Positions 29,877 through 39,898 of a DNA stretch of 64,000 nucleotides are shown here, piece by piece (the stretch's first letter is position 1; every line of letters starts with the position of its first letter). Made by a program: the position numbers and the translations under genes. The stretch lies in contig CAVZLW010000003.1 of assembly GCA_963776285.1 (NCBI GenBank), positions 312,129 to 376,128 of the forward strand, read 5' to 3'. The notes under the pieces were generated by a model that did not search any database, was not told where the DNA came from, and worked only from the letters and a program-made list of their open reading frames with translations. Source of the DNA: an uncultured Chloroflexia bacterium. GTDB taxonomy: Bacteria; Chloroflexota; Limnocylindria; Limnocylindrales; CSP1-4.

Positions 29877-30755
29877 GTGCGCGTCGCGATCCTGGGTCTC
29901 GGCCTGATCGGTGGCTCGCTCGCCCGCGCGCTCCACGGCGCCGGCTGGCACGTCGCCGCCTGGACCCCGACCGGGACGGCGCCGCGCGCCGCCCTGGCGG
30001 CCGGGGTGATCGACGCCGCCGCCCCGTCGCTCGACGGCGCCGTCGACGGCGCTCACCTCGTCGTCCTCGCCGCCTCGCCGGGAGCCTGCCTGCAGCTGCT
30101 CGACGAGCTCGCGGGCACCGGGCACCCGGTCCTCGCCCCCGAGGTCGTGGTCACCGACGTGGCGAGCACCAAGGTCGTCCTTGCGGAGCGCGCGTCGGCC
30201 CGTGGGGTGCGTTTCGTCGGCGGCCATCCGATGGCCGGGCGCGAGACGAGTGGTTTCGGGGCGTCGGACGCCGACCTCTTCCGGGGCCGGCCGTGGGTCG
30301 TCGTGCCGCCCGCGGCCGCGGACGCCGCGGGCGTGGCCGCCGTCGAGACGCTGGCTCGCGCCTGCGGGGCCCTGCCGATCCTGATGACGGCACGCGCGCA
30401 CGACGCCGCGGTGGCCGCGATCAGCCACGCCCCGCTGGTCCTCGCGGCAGCGCTCGTCGAGGCGATGGCCGGCGGGCCGGGCGAGCCGGTCCCTCGAGAC
30501 TGGGCGGCCGTCGCCGGCCTCGCGGCGAGCGGCTGGGCCGGCGCGACGCGCCTGGCCCGCGGCGACCCGCGGATGGGGGCGGGGATCGCGCGGACGAACG
30601 CCGGTCCGCTGGCGGCCCGCCTGCGCGATGTCCGCGGCCGCCTCGACGAGTGGCTCGCCATCCTCGAGGCGACGGGGCCGGACGGACTCCCGGACGAGGC
30701 TGCCCTGCACGCCCGCTTCGCGGCCGCCCGGTCCCGCCTCGGCGACGCAGGATGA
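29877..30755 (+). CDS. tyrA: prephenate/arogenate dehydrogenase
   Basis: GTG 29877. VAILGLGLIGGSLARAL NAD-binding motif and ...FVGGHPMAGRETSG... catalytic His region. Confidence 0.8.
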   Translation: MRVAILGLGLIGGSLARALHGAGWHVAAWTPTGTAPRAALAAGVIDAAAPSLDGAVDGAHLVVLAASPGACLQLLDELAGTGHPVLAPEVVVTDVASTKVVLAERASARGVRFVGGHPMAGRETSGFGASDADLFRGRPWVVVPPAAADAAGVAAVETLARACGALPILMTARAHDAAVAAISHAPLVLAAALVEAMAGGPGEPVPRDWAAVAGLAASGWAGATRLARGDPRMGAGIARTNAGPLAARLRDVRGRLDEWLAILEATGPDGLPDEAALHARFAAARSRLGDAG

Positions 30756-31384
30756 GCGGCGAGCAGGTTCTCGTCGTCCCGCGCGAGAGGATCATGGGGC
30801 TGGCCGGCTGGCACGGAATGCTGGCCGCCGGCGCGGGTCCGCACCTCGAGGCGATCGCCGCCGCTGGGCGCTTCGAGCCTCGCGCCGCGATGGAGCGCGA
30901 CCCGCGCTTCAAGCAGGTGATCCCATACCTCGTCCTGCGCGACGGGACCCGCTACTTCCTGATGCGTCGCACCCGCGCCGGCGGCGACGAGCGGCTCCAC
31001 GACCGCTACTCCATCGGCGTGGGCGGGCACCTCAACCCGGGTGACGTCGACCTGGCCGGCGGGCTCGCCCGCGAGTGGTCCGAGGAGCTCAGCGCGGACT
31101 TCGTCCCGGAGTTCCGGATCCTGGGGCTGCTCAACGACGACCGGACCGCAGTCGGCCGGGTCCACCTCGGGGTGGTCTACGTTGCCGATGCCGCCGGCCG
31201 CCCTGTCGCCGTGCGCGAGACCGACAAGCTCGAGGGCCGCTTCGAAGCTCCCGACGCGCTGGTCGCGGTCTACGACCAGATGGAATCCTGGAGCCAGCTC
31301 GTCTTCGACTTCGTGAGCGGGCGCGTCGCCGGCGCGCCGGCGAGCCTGCCCCCGGTATGGCCGAAGGCGCCGGACCGGTCCTGA
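30752..31384 (+). CDS. NUDIX-like hydrolase
   Basis: ATG 30752 (ATGA overlap with the tyrA stop). GGHLNPGDVDLAGGLAREWSEEL approximates the Nudix box G-x5-E-x7-REUxEExGU with one extra residue. Confidence 0.55.
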   Translation: MSGEQVLVVPRERIMGLAGWHGMLAAGAGPHLEAIAAAGRFEPRAAMERDPRFKQVIPYLVLRDGTRYFLMRRTRAGGDERLHDRYSIGVGGHLNPGDVDLAGGLAREWSEELSADFVPEFRILGLLNDDRTAVGRVHLGVVYVADAAGRPVAVRETDKLEGRFEAPDALVAVYDQMESWSQLVFDFVSGRVAGAPASLPPVWPKAPDRS

Positions 31385-31441
31385 CTCCCGGCACTGGCCG
31401 GACGGGACGGGCCTGGTGCGATACTTGGGCCGGAGCAAAGA

Positions 31442-32809
31442 ATGCTGCGCCGTCTCGCGACTCTCGCCCGCCTCCTGCCGCTCGTGCCTCTCGGGCTCGG
31501 ATCCATCGGCCTCGTGCTCGGCGCGGTCGCCCCGGCGCGGGCGGCCGACGGCGCAGCGGAGGCGTGGATCCTGCCCACCACCGGCGTCGTGGACGGCGTG
31601 ATGGCAGGCTACCTCTCCGACGCCATCGCCAAGGCAGCCCGCGACGGCGCGGAGGTCGTCGTCGTCAAGCTCAACACCCCCGGGGGCAGCCTCGATGCCA
31701 CCCAGACGATCACGGGCGCGTTCCTCGAGGCGCAGGTGCCGATCATCGTGTGGGTCGCTCCGGCCGGGGGCCGCGCCGCCAGCGCGGGGACCTTCATCAC
31801 CCTGTCGGCCAACCTCTCCTGGATGGCGCCCGGCACCAACATCGGCGCCGCCAGCCCGATCTCCTCCAGCGGCGCGGATATCGGCGGCACCCTGGGGCTG
31901 AAGGTCAAGAACGACGCGATCGCGAACATCACGGCCATCGCCCAGGCCCGCGGGCGCCCCGTCCCCTGGGCGGTCTCCACGGTCAGCGATGCGAAGAGCT
32001 ACTCGGCCACGGAGGCGGTGGCGGCGGGTGCCGTCGACGGCATCGCCGCCACGATCGAGGAGGTCCTCGCAGCGGCCGACGGCCGCACCGTCACCGTGGC
32101 CGGTGGCCGGAGCGTCACGCTCGCGACGGCGAACGCCGTTCCCGTCGAGATGCCGATGAACCCGATGCAGGGGTTTCTCCACCTGCTGTCGGATCCGAAC
32201 ATCGCCTTCATCCTCTTCACGATCGGCTTCTACGCGCTCATCTTCGAGGTCCAGAACCCGAACCTGGCGACCGGGATCATCGGGGCCATCTGCATCCTTC
32301 TCGCCTTCGTCGGCTTCGGGAGCCTGCCGCTCAACGTCGCGGGTCTCCTGCTCATCGCCCTCGGCGCCGTCCTCCTCCTGCTGGAGACGCAGGTCACCAG
32401 CCACGGCCTCCTCGCGATCGGGGCCGTCGTGTGCGTTGCGCTGGGGGCGGCCGCGCTGTACCGCGAGCCCGGGACGCCGACGGCGCCCGACGTCGGCGTC
32501 GCCCTGCCGGTGATCCTCACCGTGGTGACCCTGACGGGCGCCTTCGCCGCCCTCATCACCGTCGTCGCGTATCGGATCCGCCACGCCCCGCAGAGCCCGG
32601 TCCTCGTCGGCTCGCTGCGGATCGTCGGGCAGGGCGGCAAGGTCGCCAGGCCGATCGATCCCGTCGGCTCGGTCCTGACGGTGGGCGAGGAGTGGACCGC
32701 CCGCAGCGCCGACGGACGCGCGATCCCGCGCGGCGTCCGCGTGCGGGTCGTCCGCAGCGATGGCCTCACACTCTATGTCGAGCCGGCCGACGCGGCGCCG
32801 GCCCCCTGA
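31442..32809 (+). CDS. nfeD: NfeD-family membrane-bound ClpP-class serine protease (stomatin-operon partner)
   Basis: Signal/TM N-terminus, ClpP-like core (...VVVKLNTPGGSLDAT..., ...ASAGTFI...), multi-TM middle and C-terminal OB-fold (...GSLRIVGQGGKVARPIDPVGSVLTVGEEWTA...). Confidence 0.8.
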   Translation: MLRRLATLARLLPLVPLGLGSIGLVLGAVAPARAADGAAEAWILPTTGVVDGVMAGYLSDAIAKAARDGAEVVVVKLNTPGGSLDATQTITGAFLEAQVPIIVWVAPAGGRAASAGTFITLSANLSWMAPGTNIGAASPISSSGADIGGTLGLKVKNDAIANITAIAQARGRPVPWAVSTVSDAKSYSATEAVAAGAVDGIAATIEEVLAAADGRTVTVAGGRSVTLATANAVPVEMPMNPMQGFLHLLSDPNIAFILFTIGFYALIFEVQNPNLATGIIGAICILLAFVGFGSLPLNVAGLLLIALGAVLLLLETQVTSHGLLAIGAVVCVALGAAALYREPGTPTAPDVGVALPVILTVVTLTGAFAALITVVAYRIRHAPQSPVLVGSLRIVGQGGKVARPIDPVGSVLTVGEEWTARSADGRAIPRGVRVRVVRSDGLTLYVEPADAAPAP

Positions 32810-32848
32810 CCCCGCCCGCACATCGCAGGACTCGAAAGGAGCCCGCCC

Positions 32849-33796
32849 GTGGAGCTCGGCATCACGATCGCCGTCATCGCGGCGATCCTCGTGGTTGTGC
32901 TTGGGATCCTGTACCTCTCGGTACGGGTCGTGCAGCAGTACGAGAAGATGGTCGTCTTCCGCCTGGGACGGACGAACGAGCGCCTCGTGCGGGATCCGGG
33001 CCTGCGCTTCCTGATCCCGGTGATCGACCGGCCGGTGAAGGTGGACGTGCGCGAGCAGTTCATCGAGGTCCCCAGCCAGACGACCATCACCAAGGACAAC
33101 GCCCCGATCAACGTGGACTTCCTGATCTACTGGCGGATCGTCGACCCGCTCAAGAGCATCGTGAACGTGGCCTACTTCGCGGGGGCCCTGCAGGGGGTCG
33201 CCACGACGACGCTGCGCGCGGTCATCGGCGACATCCTGCTCGACGAGGTGCTCTCCCGCCGCGAGCAGATCAACGAGGTCCTCCGCACCAAGCTCGACGA
33301 GGTGACCGAACGCTGGGGCGGCAAGGTGACCACCGTCGAGATCCGCGAGATCACCCCTCCCCGCGACGTCCAGGACGCGATGAACCGACAGCTGTCGGCC
33401 GAGCGGACGCGGCGTGCGGTCATCACGGAGTCCGAGGGCCGGCGCCAGTCCGAGATCAACATCGCCGAGGGCGCAAAGCAGGCCGCGATCCTCACCGCGG
33501 AGGGCGAGCGCCAGTCCAACATCCTGCGGGCGGAGGGCACCCGCCAGGCGCAGATCCTCAATGCCGAGGGCTTCGGCCAGGCCCTCGAGCGCATCTACGC
33601 GGCCGCCAGGACGATCGACCAGAAGACGATGCTGCTGCAGTACCTGGATGCCCTCAAGGTCATCGGTGCCAGCCCGTCGACGAAGTACATCATCCCGGCC
33701 GAGTTCACCCAGATGGTCGGTCCCCTGACGGCCGGCCTGGGCGCCGCGATCGCGGCGGGCTCAGGCTCCGGCGGGGAGTCCGAACCGGCCGCCTGA
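32849..33796 (+). CDS. SPFH/band-7 (stomatin-like) protein
   Basis: GTG 32849 with AAAGGAG upstream. N-terminal TM, ...YEKMVVFRLGR..., ...DNAPINVDFLIYWRIVDP..., Ala/Glu-rich coiled-coil tail. Confidence 0.85.
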   Translation: MELGITIAVIAAILVVVLGILYLSVRVVQQYEKMVVFRLGRTNERLVRDPGLRFLIPVIDRPVKVDVREQFIEVPSQTTITKDNAPINVDFLIYWRIVDPLKSIVNVAYFAGALQGVATTTLRAVIGDILLDEVLSRREQINEVLRTKLDEVTERWGGKVTTVEIREITPPRDVQDAMNRQLSAERTRRAVITESEGRRQSEINIAEGAKQAAILTAEGERQSNILRAEGTRQAQILNAEGFGQALERIYAAARTIDQKTMLLQYLDALKVIGASPSTKYIIPAEFTQMVGPLTAGLGAAIAAGSGSGGESEPAA

Positions 33797-33907
33797 TCCG
33801 TACTCGCTGGTACCACCGGGCGGGGGTCGCGCGGGACCCCCGTCGGCTACTATTCCACGCGTCCCGGGGGCGCGATGCGTCGTCCCGGTCAAGTCTGAGA
33901 GGTCCGG

Positions 33908-35080
33908 ATGGCCGCCAAGATCCTCGTCGTCGACGACGACCCGAACGTGCAGCGCCTGCTGAGCTACACGCTCAAGCAGGAAGGCTACGACGTGGTCGTT
34001 GCCGGGGACGGTGCCGAAGGCTTCAAGCTGTGGGGCCAGGAGGACCCCGCGCTGGTCCTCCTCGACGTCATGCTCCCCAAGCTCGACGGCTACCAGGTGG
34101 CCGGCAAGATCCGGGCGGAGGAGGGAACCGCCTCGCACGTTCCGATCATCATGCTCACGGCCGAGGCGGCGGTCGAGCAGAAGATCCGCGGACTGCGGGC
34201 CGGCGCCGACGACTACCTCGTCAAGCCGTTCCATCCCGCGGAGCTCCTGGCCCGGATCAAGAGCCTGCTCGCCCGGTTCGCCCCGAAGGATCTGCTCGTC
34301 GGCCGGCCGCCGCTTGGCCGCGTCCTCGCCTTCTACGGCGCGAAGGGCGGTGTCGGCACGACGACGATCGCGATCAACGTGGCGATCGCGCTCCAGCGCG
34401 AGCTGGGGCGGCGGGTCTGCCTGGTCGACGGCAACCTCCAGTTCGGCGACCACCGGGTCTTCATGGACCTCGGCCTCGACCGCAAGAGCATCGTCGACGT
34501 CATCAGCGCAACCTCGATCGACGCCGACCTGCTGCGCGGCGTCCTCGTCGAGCACGACTCCAAGATCGACCTGCTCCTCGCCCCGCCCTCGCCGGAGACG
34601 GCCGAGCTCGTGACCAAGGAGCACATGGCCAGCATTCTCGACGTGCTGCGCGGGATGTACGACTACGTCGTGATCGACGTCGACAAGCGTCTCGACGATC
34701 TCAACCTGGGCGTGTTCGACGCGGCGGAGAACCTCTACGTGGTCCTGACGGCGGACCTCTCGTGCCTCAAGAACGTGCGCCTGGTGCTCGAGACGCTCGG
34801 TCACATCGGCTACGAGGGCGACCGGATCAAGCTCGTCCTCAATCGCTCGAACGCCTTCACGGGGATCAACGCGAGGACCGCCGAGGGGGCCCTCAAGCGG
34901 CCGATCGACCTGCAGGTGCTCAACGAGTATCGAGGGGCCATCAGCGCGCTCAACTCGGGCGCCCCCGTGATGCTCACGAAGGCGGACTCCCCGCTGGGGC
35001 GATCGTTCCACGACGTCGCACGCGCGATCGACAAGACGGCGCCCACGGCGCCGCTCGCCGCTCCAGCAACGGCGCGCTGA
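33908..35080 (+). CDS. canonical receiver domain fused to ParA/MinD-family ATPase with degenerate Walker A (CpaE/TadZ-like paralog 2)
   Basis: REC: ILVVDDDPN..., ...VLLDVMLP..., ...IIMLTA..., ...DYLVKPF... (all conserved receiver residues present). ATPase: FYGAKGGVGTTTIAINVAIAL, where the second signature Lys is replaced by Thr. Confidence 0.8.
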   Translation: MAAKILVVDDDPNVQRLLSYTLKQEGYDVVVAGDGAEGFKLWGQEDPALVLLDVMLPKLDGYQVAGKIRAEEGTASHVPIIMLTAEAAVEQKIRGLRAGADDYLVKPFHPAELLARIKSLLARFAPKDLLVGRPPLGRVLAFYGAKGGVGTTTIAINVAIALQRELGRRVCLVDGNLQFGDHRVFMDLGLDRKSIVDVISATSIDADLLRGVLVEHDSKIDLLLAPPSPETAELVTKEHMASILDVLRGMYDYVVIDVDKRLDDLNLGVFDAAENLYVVLTADLSCLKNVRLVLETLGHIGYEGDRIKLVLNRSNAFTGINARTAEGALKRPIDLQVLNEYRGAISALNSGAPVMLTKADSPLGRSFHDVARAIDKTAPTAPLAAPATAR

Positions 35081-35882
35081 CCCGGTCGTCACCGGCCGCC
35101 GTCGCGCGGCCGTCCGGCGTTCGCGCGGGCTGCGTCCGTCCACCAGCGGTCAGCGTCGACCTCACCTCCACGGGACGTGCCAGGGCCTGGCTCCGCCCCG
35201 GGACCGGCCATCCGGGTGGCGTGCCTGCGCGCACCACATTTCGGGGCCGGATGCCCTCGCAGGCGTGGCAAATCGGGCGGCCCGATGTACCGTCAACGGA
35301 CAACCGAAGATCGATCGTCGCCGCAGGCGCGGACGACAGGCCACCCGCACTCATCGATCGTTCATTGCTCATTCGTTTCGCTCCGCGCCGGCCGGCCCTT
35401 CCCGGGCGCGCCCGCGCCGTGGCGCGATCCCTTCGGCTCGTGCGTGAGCGGGCCGTGCGCGCCCGTTCGCGTGTCGTTGGTCATCCGACATGCACGGGCG
35501 TGAACCATGAACCGACACGGCAACCGGGGATCCGTCGGCGGCGCCCACCGCCGTCGGCGCATCCGGCCGACGCGGGCCGCCGGCCCGCTCAATTGCACGG
35601 GCCGCCATCGGGCGGCGACCGCATCCGCGGATGGGGCGGCTCTCGCCCTCCTCTCGGAGATCCTGATCGGCGACAGCGCCTGGACCGTGGCCGAGGTCCA
35701 GACGGCTGATCTCGATGCGGGAGGCCGCGGAGCTCGGCCGGTGGCGCGTCGCGGGGCTCGACGACGGAGAGGCTGACGCCAGGTAGGCGACGGGCGTGCC
35801 CGGCGACCGGTCCAGGGTGCAGGCACCCGGTGCCGATCGGCGCCGGGCGTGCCCGCCCCGGCCGGGCGAGGTGCGGCAGGGG

Positions 35883-36584
35883 TCAGTTCCGCCGCGGCGG
35901 CGGTTCGTCCGAGATGCTGATCCAGCTCTTCTTGAGCGCGTACAGGACGGCCTGGGTGCGGCCGTTGACCGCGAGCTTGCGCAGGATGCTGGTCACGTGG
36001 TTCTTGACGGTTCGCTCGCTGATCGAGAGCGCCTCGCCGACGCTCTTGTTCGTCATGCCCTGGGCGATCGCCTCCAGGACCTGCGCCTCGCGCGGCGACA
36101 GCGGGGCGAAGGCGGTTGCGGCGAGGTCGCCGGTCGCGACCTCGCCGAGGAGCGAGGCGTCCCGGAAGGCCTCCAGGACGCGGCGCGCAACGGCCGGTCG
36201 GGCCGCGACTGCCTCGTCGATCAGGTACTCGCCCTGGGCGACCGCGCGGATCGTCCGGACCAGCTCGCTCGTCCGGGCGTCATCGAGCACGTGGGCCGAG
36301 ACTCCCGCCTGAAGGGCCGCGAAGAGCTCATCGTCGTTGCGCCGATGGCCCAGAAGCACGACCGGCGAGCCAGGGCATTCACGCTTCAGTCGCTGGATCG
36401 CCGGGACCATGAGCGCGATCGGGAGCTCTGTATCGACGAGGACGACGTCGGGCGTCTCGTCCCGGATGATCGCGATCGCGTCGTCGACGTCCGCGGCTTC
36501 GGCGACGATGTCGATGTCGGGCTGGCCCCCGAGGATCTCCCGCAGCACGGCTCGCACGAGGGCGTGCTGCTCCACGACGACCAT
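35883..36584 (-). CDS. NarL/FixJ-family response regulator (REC + LuxR-type HTH), orphan
   Basis: ATG 36584. ...MVVVEQHALVRAV..., ...VVLVDTELP..., C-terminal ...LSPREAQVLEAIAQGMTNKSVGEALSISERTVKNHVTSILRKL... Confidence 0.8.
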   Translation of the reverse strand: MVVVEQHALVRAVLREILGGQPDIDIVAEAADVDDAIAIIRDETPDVVLVDTELPIALMVPAIQRLKRECPGSPVVLLGHRRNDDELFAALQAGVSAHVLDDARTSELVRTIRAVAQGEYLIDEAVAARPAVARRVLEAFRDASLLGEVATGDLAATAFAPLSPREAQVLEAIAQGMTNKSVGEALSISERTVKNHVTSILRKLAVNGRTQAVLYALKKSWISISDEPPPRRN

Positions 36585-36892
36585 CCGGATGACGTGTGGT
36601 CGCGTTGCCGTCCGCGTGGGACGCTGATTCGGCACTCTCGGCCCCCCGCTTGACTGGGCGTGGTCGGGACCACCGTACCCCGCCGGGGTGGAGGTGCACA
36701 GATGACCACGGAGCCGTGTGACGGGACCAACAAGTACTGCCCGGCAGCGGCACGAGCTGCGACAGCGCGGCCTGGCCCTGCTCGCCGCGCGGCCGGCAGC
36801 GGGCGGATCCCTGGAACGGCGCGCGGAGCGTCGAGGCCGCGGACCGTCCGCCGGTAAGCGCCAGGTGAGCCGGCGCGACTACCGTGCCGCGC

Positions 36893-38451
36893 ATGCTCGC
36901 CAGCGTTCTCGCCGCCACGCTCCACGGGCTCGACGGCCGGCCCGTCCGGGTGGAGGTCGACGTCGCCCCGGGGCTCCCCGGGTTCACGATCGTCGGGCTC
37001 GCGGACGCCGCGCTGCGCGAGGCTCGCGAACGGGTTCGTGGCGCGCTCCGCAACAGCGGCTTCGTCCATCCACCCCGCCGGATCACCGTCAACCTCGCCC
37101 CCGCGGACGTGCCGAAGGCCGGTTCCGCGCTGGACCTCGGCATCGCGATCGCGATCCTGGTGGGGTCCGAGCAGGTTCGGCCGCGCGGGCACTGGGCCCT
37201 CCTCGGCGAGCTCGGCCTCGGCGGCGAGGTCCAGCCCGTTCCTGGGCTTCTTCCGATGGTCGCCGCCCTGGCGCGGCGCGGCGCCGGCCGGGTGGTGGTC
37301 CCCGCGGCCTCGGTCGCCGAGGCGCGCCTGGTCGAGGGCATCGAGATCGTGGGCGTGGCCACCCTGGCCGAGGCCGCAGACGTCCTGCGCGGCCGGCGGG
37401 TCGCGGGTCACCGGCCGGGGCTGCGCACGGAGATGGTCCCCGCGGAAGTGGCGTCCGGGCCTCCGCCGGTCGCGTCGGACGAGCGACCGGACCTTGCCGA
37501 CGTGCGCGGCCTCCTCGAGGCGCGGCGTGCCCTGGAGATCGCCCTTGCCGGCGGCCACGCCCTCGTGCTCGTCGGTCCGCCGGGTTCCGGGAAGACGATG
37601 CTCGCCTCGACGATCCCCGGGGGATCCTGCCGCCGCTGGACGACGAGGAGGCTCGCGAGGCGACCGTCGTGGCCTCGGTCGCGGGCGCCGGACCTGTCCA
37701 GGGCCTGGTCCGGGCGCGCCCGTTCCGGGCGCCGCACCACACGGCATCCTACGCCGCGCTCGTCGGTGGCGGCCCGCGGATGACACCGGGTGAGGTCACG
37801 CTCGCGCATCACGGGGTGCTCTTTCTCGACGAGCTGCCGGAGTTCGACCGATCCTCCCTGGAGGCCCTGCGCCAGCCCCTCGAGGAGGGTCGGGTGAGCG
37901 TCGCCCGCGTCGGGCGCGCGGTGACCTTCCCGGCGCGCTTCCAGCTGGTGGCCGCGATGAACCCCTGCCCGTGCGGATGGGAGGGCGATCCGGCCGGGCG
38001 CTGCCGCTGTCCCACCGGCCTGCCCGAGCGCTACCGGGGGCGGATCTCCGGCCCCCTCCGCGATCGCATCGATCTCTGGGTCGGCGTTCCGCGGCTGGCA
38101 CCGCGCGAGCTGATCCGGGCCGCGGATCCGGAGTCCTCCGCGACCGTCGGGGAGCGTGTCGCGACGGCCCGGGCACGCCAGCTGGCGAAGCGGGGGCGAC
38201 TCAACGGGCGCCTGCGCGGGCGAGCGCTGCGCGAGGCGGCGGGCCTCGACCCGCGAGCGGAGCGGCGGGCCATCGCCCTTGCGAGCGCCGCCGGCATGAC
38301 CGCGCGAGCGACGGAGCGCCTGGTCCGGGTGGCCAGGACGATCGCCGACCTGGCGGCGGCGGACAGGGTCTGCCCCGAGCACCTCGAGGAGGCGGTTCGC
38401 TATCGCCCGCCTGCGACGGACCGGGCCGGCGTGGCTCGCGGGGCGGCCTGA
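36893..38451 (+). CDS. comM: Mg-chelatase-like AAA+ ATPase ComM/YifB, interrupted by a 1-nt frameshift in a G5 run at about 37619-37623
   Basis: Frame A: MLASVLAATLHGLDGRPVRVEVDVAPGLPGFTIVGLADAALREARERV...LVGPPGSGKTMLASTIPG. Frame B continues ILPPLDDEEAREATVV...HHGVLFLDELPEF...CPCGW.... Homologues are contiguous through this region. Confidence 0.7.
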
Positions 38452-38452
38452 C

Positions 38453-39880
38453 GTGCTGGGGGTCGGGCGGGGAGGCCCGCTCGGTGCACCCGGCGCCGTC
38501 ACCGGTCACGCGACGAGCGGCCCGTCGGCCGGGACGGCGCAGGCCGACGCTGCGGGCCGCGGCTCGGAGGCGGGGTCTCCGGGGCACGCGACGCGGCCGC
38601 CCTCTCCGCGGTCCGGGCGCACCGCCGGGCCGCCGGGCGTGCTCTCGGAGCGCGACGCCTGGGTCGCCCTGGCAGCCGTCGACGGCCTCGGCCCCGTGAC
38701 TTTCGGCGCCCTCCTGCGCTCTCTGGGGAGCGGCCGCCGGATCCTGGACGTCGCGTCGGGCCGCTCGGGCGCCAGGCGGATCGTGGCGGCAGCCGCCGGC
38801 GAGGGCCTGAGGATGCCGCCCGACGTCGCGGATGCCATCGTCGCCGCGCGAGACGGCGCCCCGTTGCTGCTGGCGCGTCTTGCGGCGCTCGGCGTGACCG
38901 CGGTCGCCGCGGAGGACGAGGCGTACCCGGCGCGGCTGCGGGCGATCGAGCTGCCGCCGCCGGTGCTGTTCGTGCGGGGTGATCCGGGGGTCCTCGGTGC
39001 CGATCGACCGGTGGCCATCGTCGGAACCCGCCGGCCGACGGAGGACGGGCGCCGCACGGCTTCGCGGATCGCCGGGGTCCTGTCGGCCACCGGGGCCCTG
39101 GTGATCTCCGGGCTCGCCGTCGGCATCGACGGGTCGGCACACGCAGGGGCACTCCTCGCGGGAGGCACCACCGTGGCGGTCCTGGGGAGCGGCCACGCAC
39201 GGCTCTACCCGGCGGCCCATGCCGACCTCGCGCGCGAGATCGTGCGCTCGGGCGGTGCGGTGGTGGCAGAGCTGCCGCCCGACGCGGAGCCCCGGCCCGC
39301 CGGGTTCCCGCGCCGGAACCGGATCATCGCCGGCCTGGCGGACGCGACCATCGTCGTCGAGGCAGGGGAGCGCAGCGGTGCGCTGATCACCGCCAGCTGG
39401 GCCCTGGAGCAGGGTCGCCCTGTCTTCGCCTGCCCCGGCCCGATCGACCGCCCCCAGGCCGTCGGCTGCAACCGGCTGCTCCGGGACCACCCGGGGGAAG
39501 TCCGGATCGTCGCTGGCGTCGACGAGCTGATCGCCGACCTCGGCTTCGGGATCCCGCTCGACGTCCGGCCCCGGCATCGCGATCGCGCAGCAGCGCAGGG
39601 CCCCGATCCCGGTGCCATCGTCGCGCGCCTTGGCGCCGCCGAGGCCCTGGTGGTCCGGCATCTCTTTCGGGGGCCCGCGACGGCGGACAGCCTGGCGCAG
39701 GCCGCGGACCTTCCCGGCGCCACCGTGCTGGTCGTGCTGACCCGCCTCGAGGAGGAGGGCCTTGTGCTGGCGACGTACGGACGCTACGCGGTGACGGGCC
39801 CGCTGGCAGGCGTGCGGGCAGGGCGCCAGCGGGCAGCTCCGCCATCGGGAGCCGGACGGGCGACGGGGTCGGACCCGTGA
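38453..39880 (+). CDS. dprA: DNA-processing protein DprA (Smf)
   Basis: GTG 38453, 1 nt after the comM stop. ...VAIVGTRRPTEDGRR..., ...ISGLAVGIDGSAHAGAL..., ...RRNRIIAGLAD... Rossmann-like DprA core. Confidence 0.8.
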   Translation: MLGVGRGGPLGAPGAVTGHATSGPSAGTAQADAAGRGSEAGSPGHATRPPSPRSGRTAGPPGVLSERDAWVALAAVDGLGPVTFGALLRSLGSGRRILDVASGRSGARRIVAAAAGEGLRMPPDVADAIVAARDGAPLLLARLAALGVTAVAAEDEAYPARLRAIELPPPVLFVRGDPGVLGADRPVAIVGTRRPTEDGRRTASRIAGVLSATGALVISGLAVGIDGSAHAGALLAGGTTVAVLGSGHARLYPAAHADLAREIVRSGGAVVAELPPDAEPRPAGFPRRNRIIAGLADATIVVEAGERSGALITASWALEQGRPVFACPGPIDRPQAVGCNRLLRDHPGEVRIVAGVDELIADLGFGIPLDVRPRHRDRAAAQGPDPGAIVARLGAAEALVVRHLFRGPATADSLAQAADLPGATVLVVLTRLEEEGLVLATYGRYAVTGPLAGVRAGRQRAAPPSGAGRATGSDP

Positions 39881-39898
39881 CCATCGTCGGGTGGCGGC

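Noticed and set aside
31075-35709. 1544-aa plus-strand ORF (and 30053..32821 minus-strand 922-aa ORF)
   Set aside because: A giant arginine-rich frame running through nfeD, the SPFH gene and the receiver/ParA gene in a non-coding frame. It has no domain content.
36660-36857. 65-aa ORF in the LuxR/comM divergent spacer
   Set aside because: Arg/Ala/Gly-rich with no start-site support. It sits where the divergent promoters are expected.
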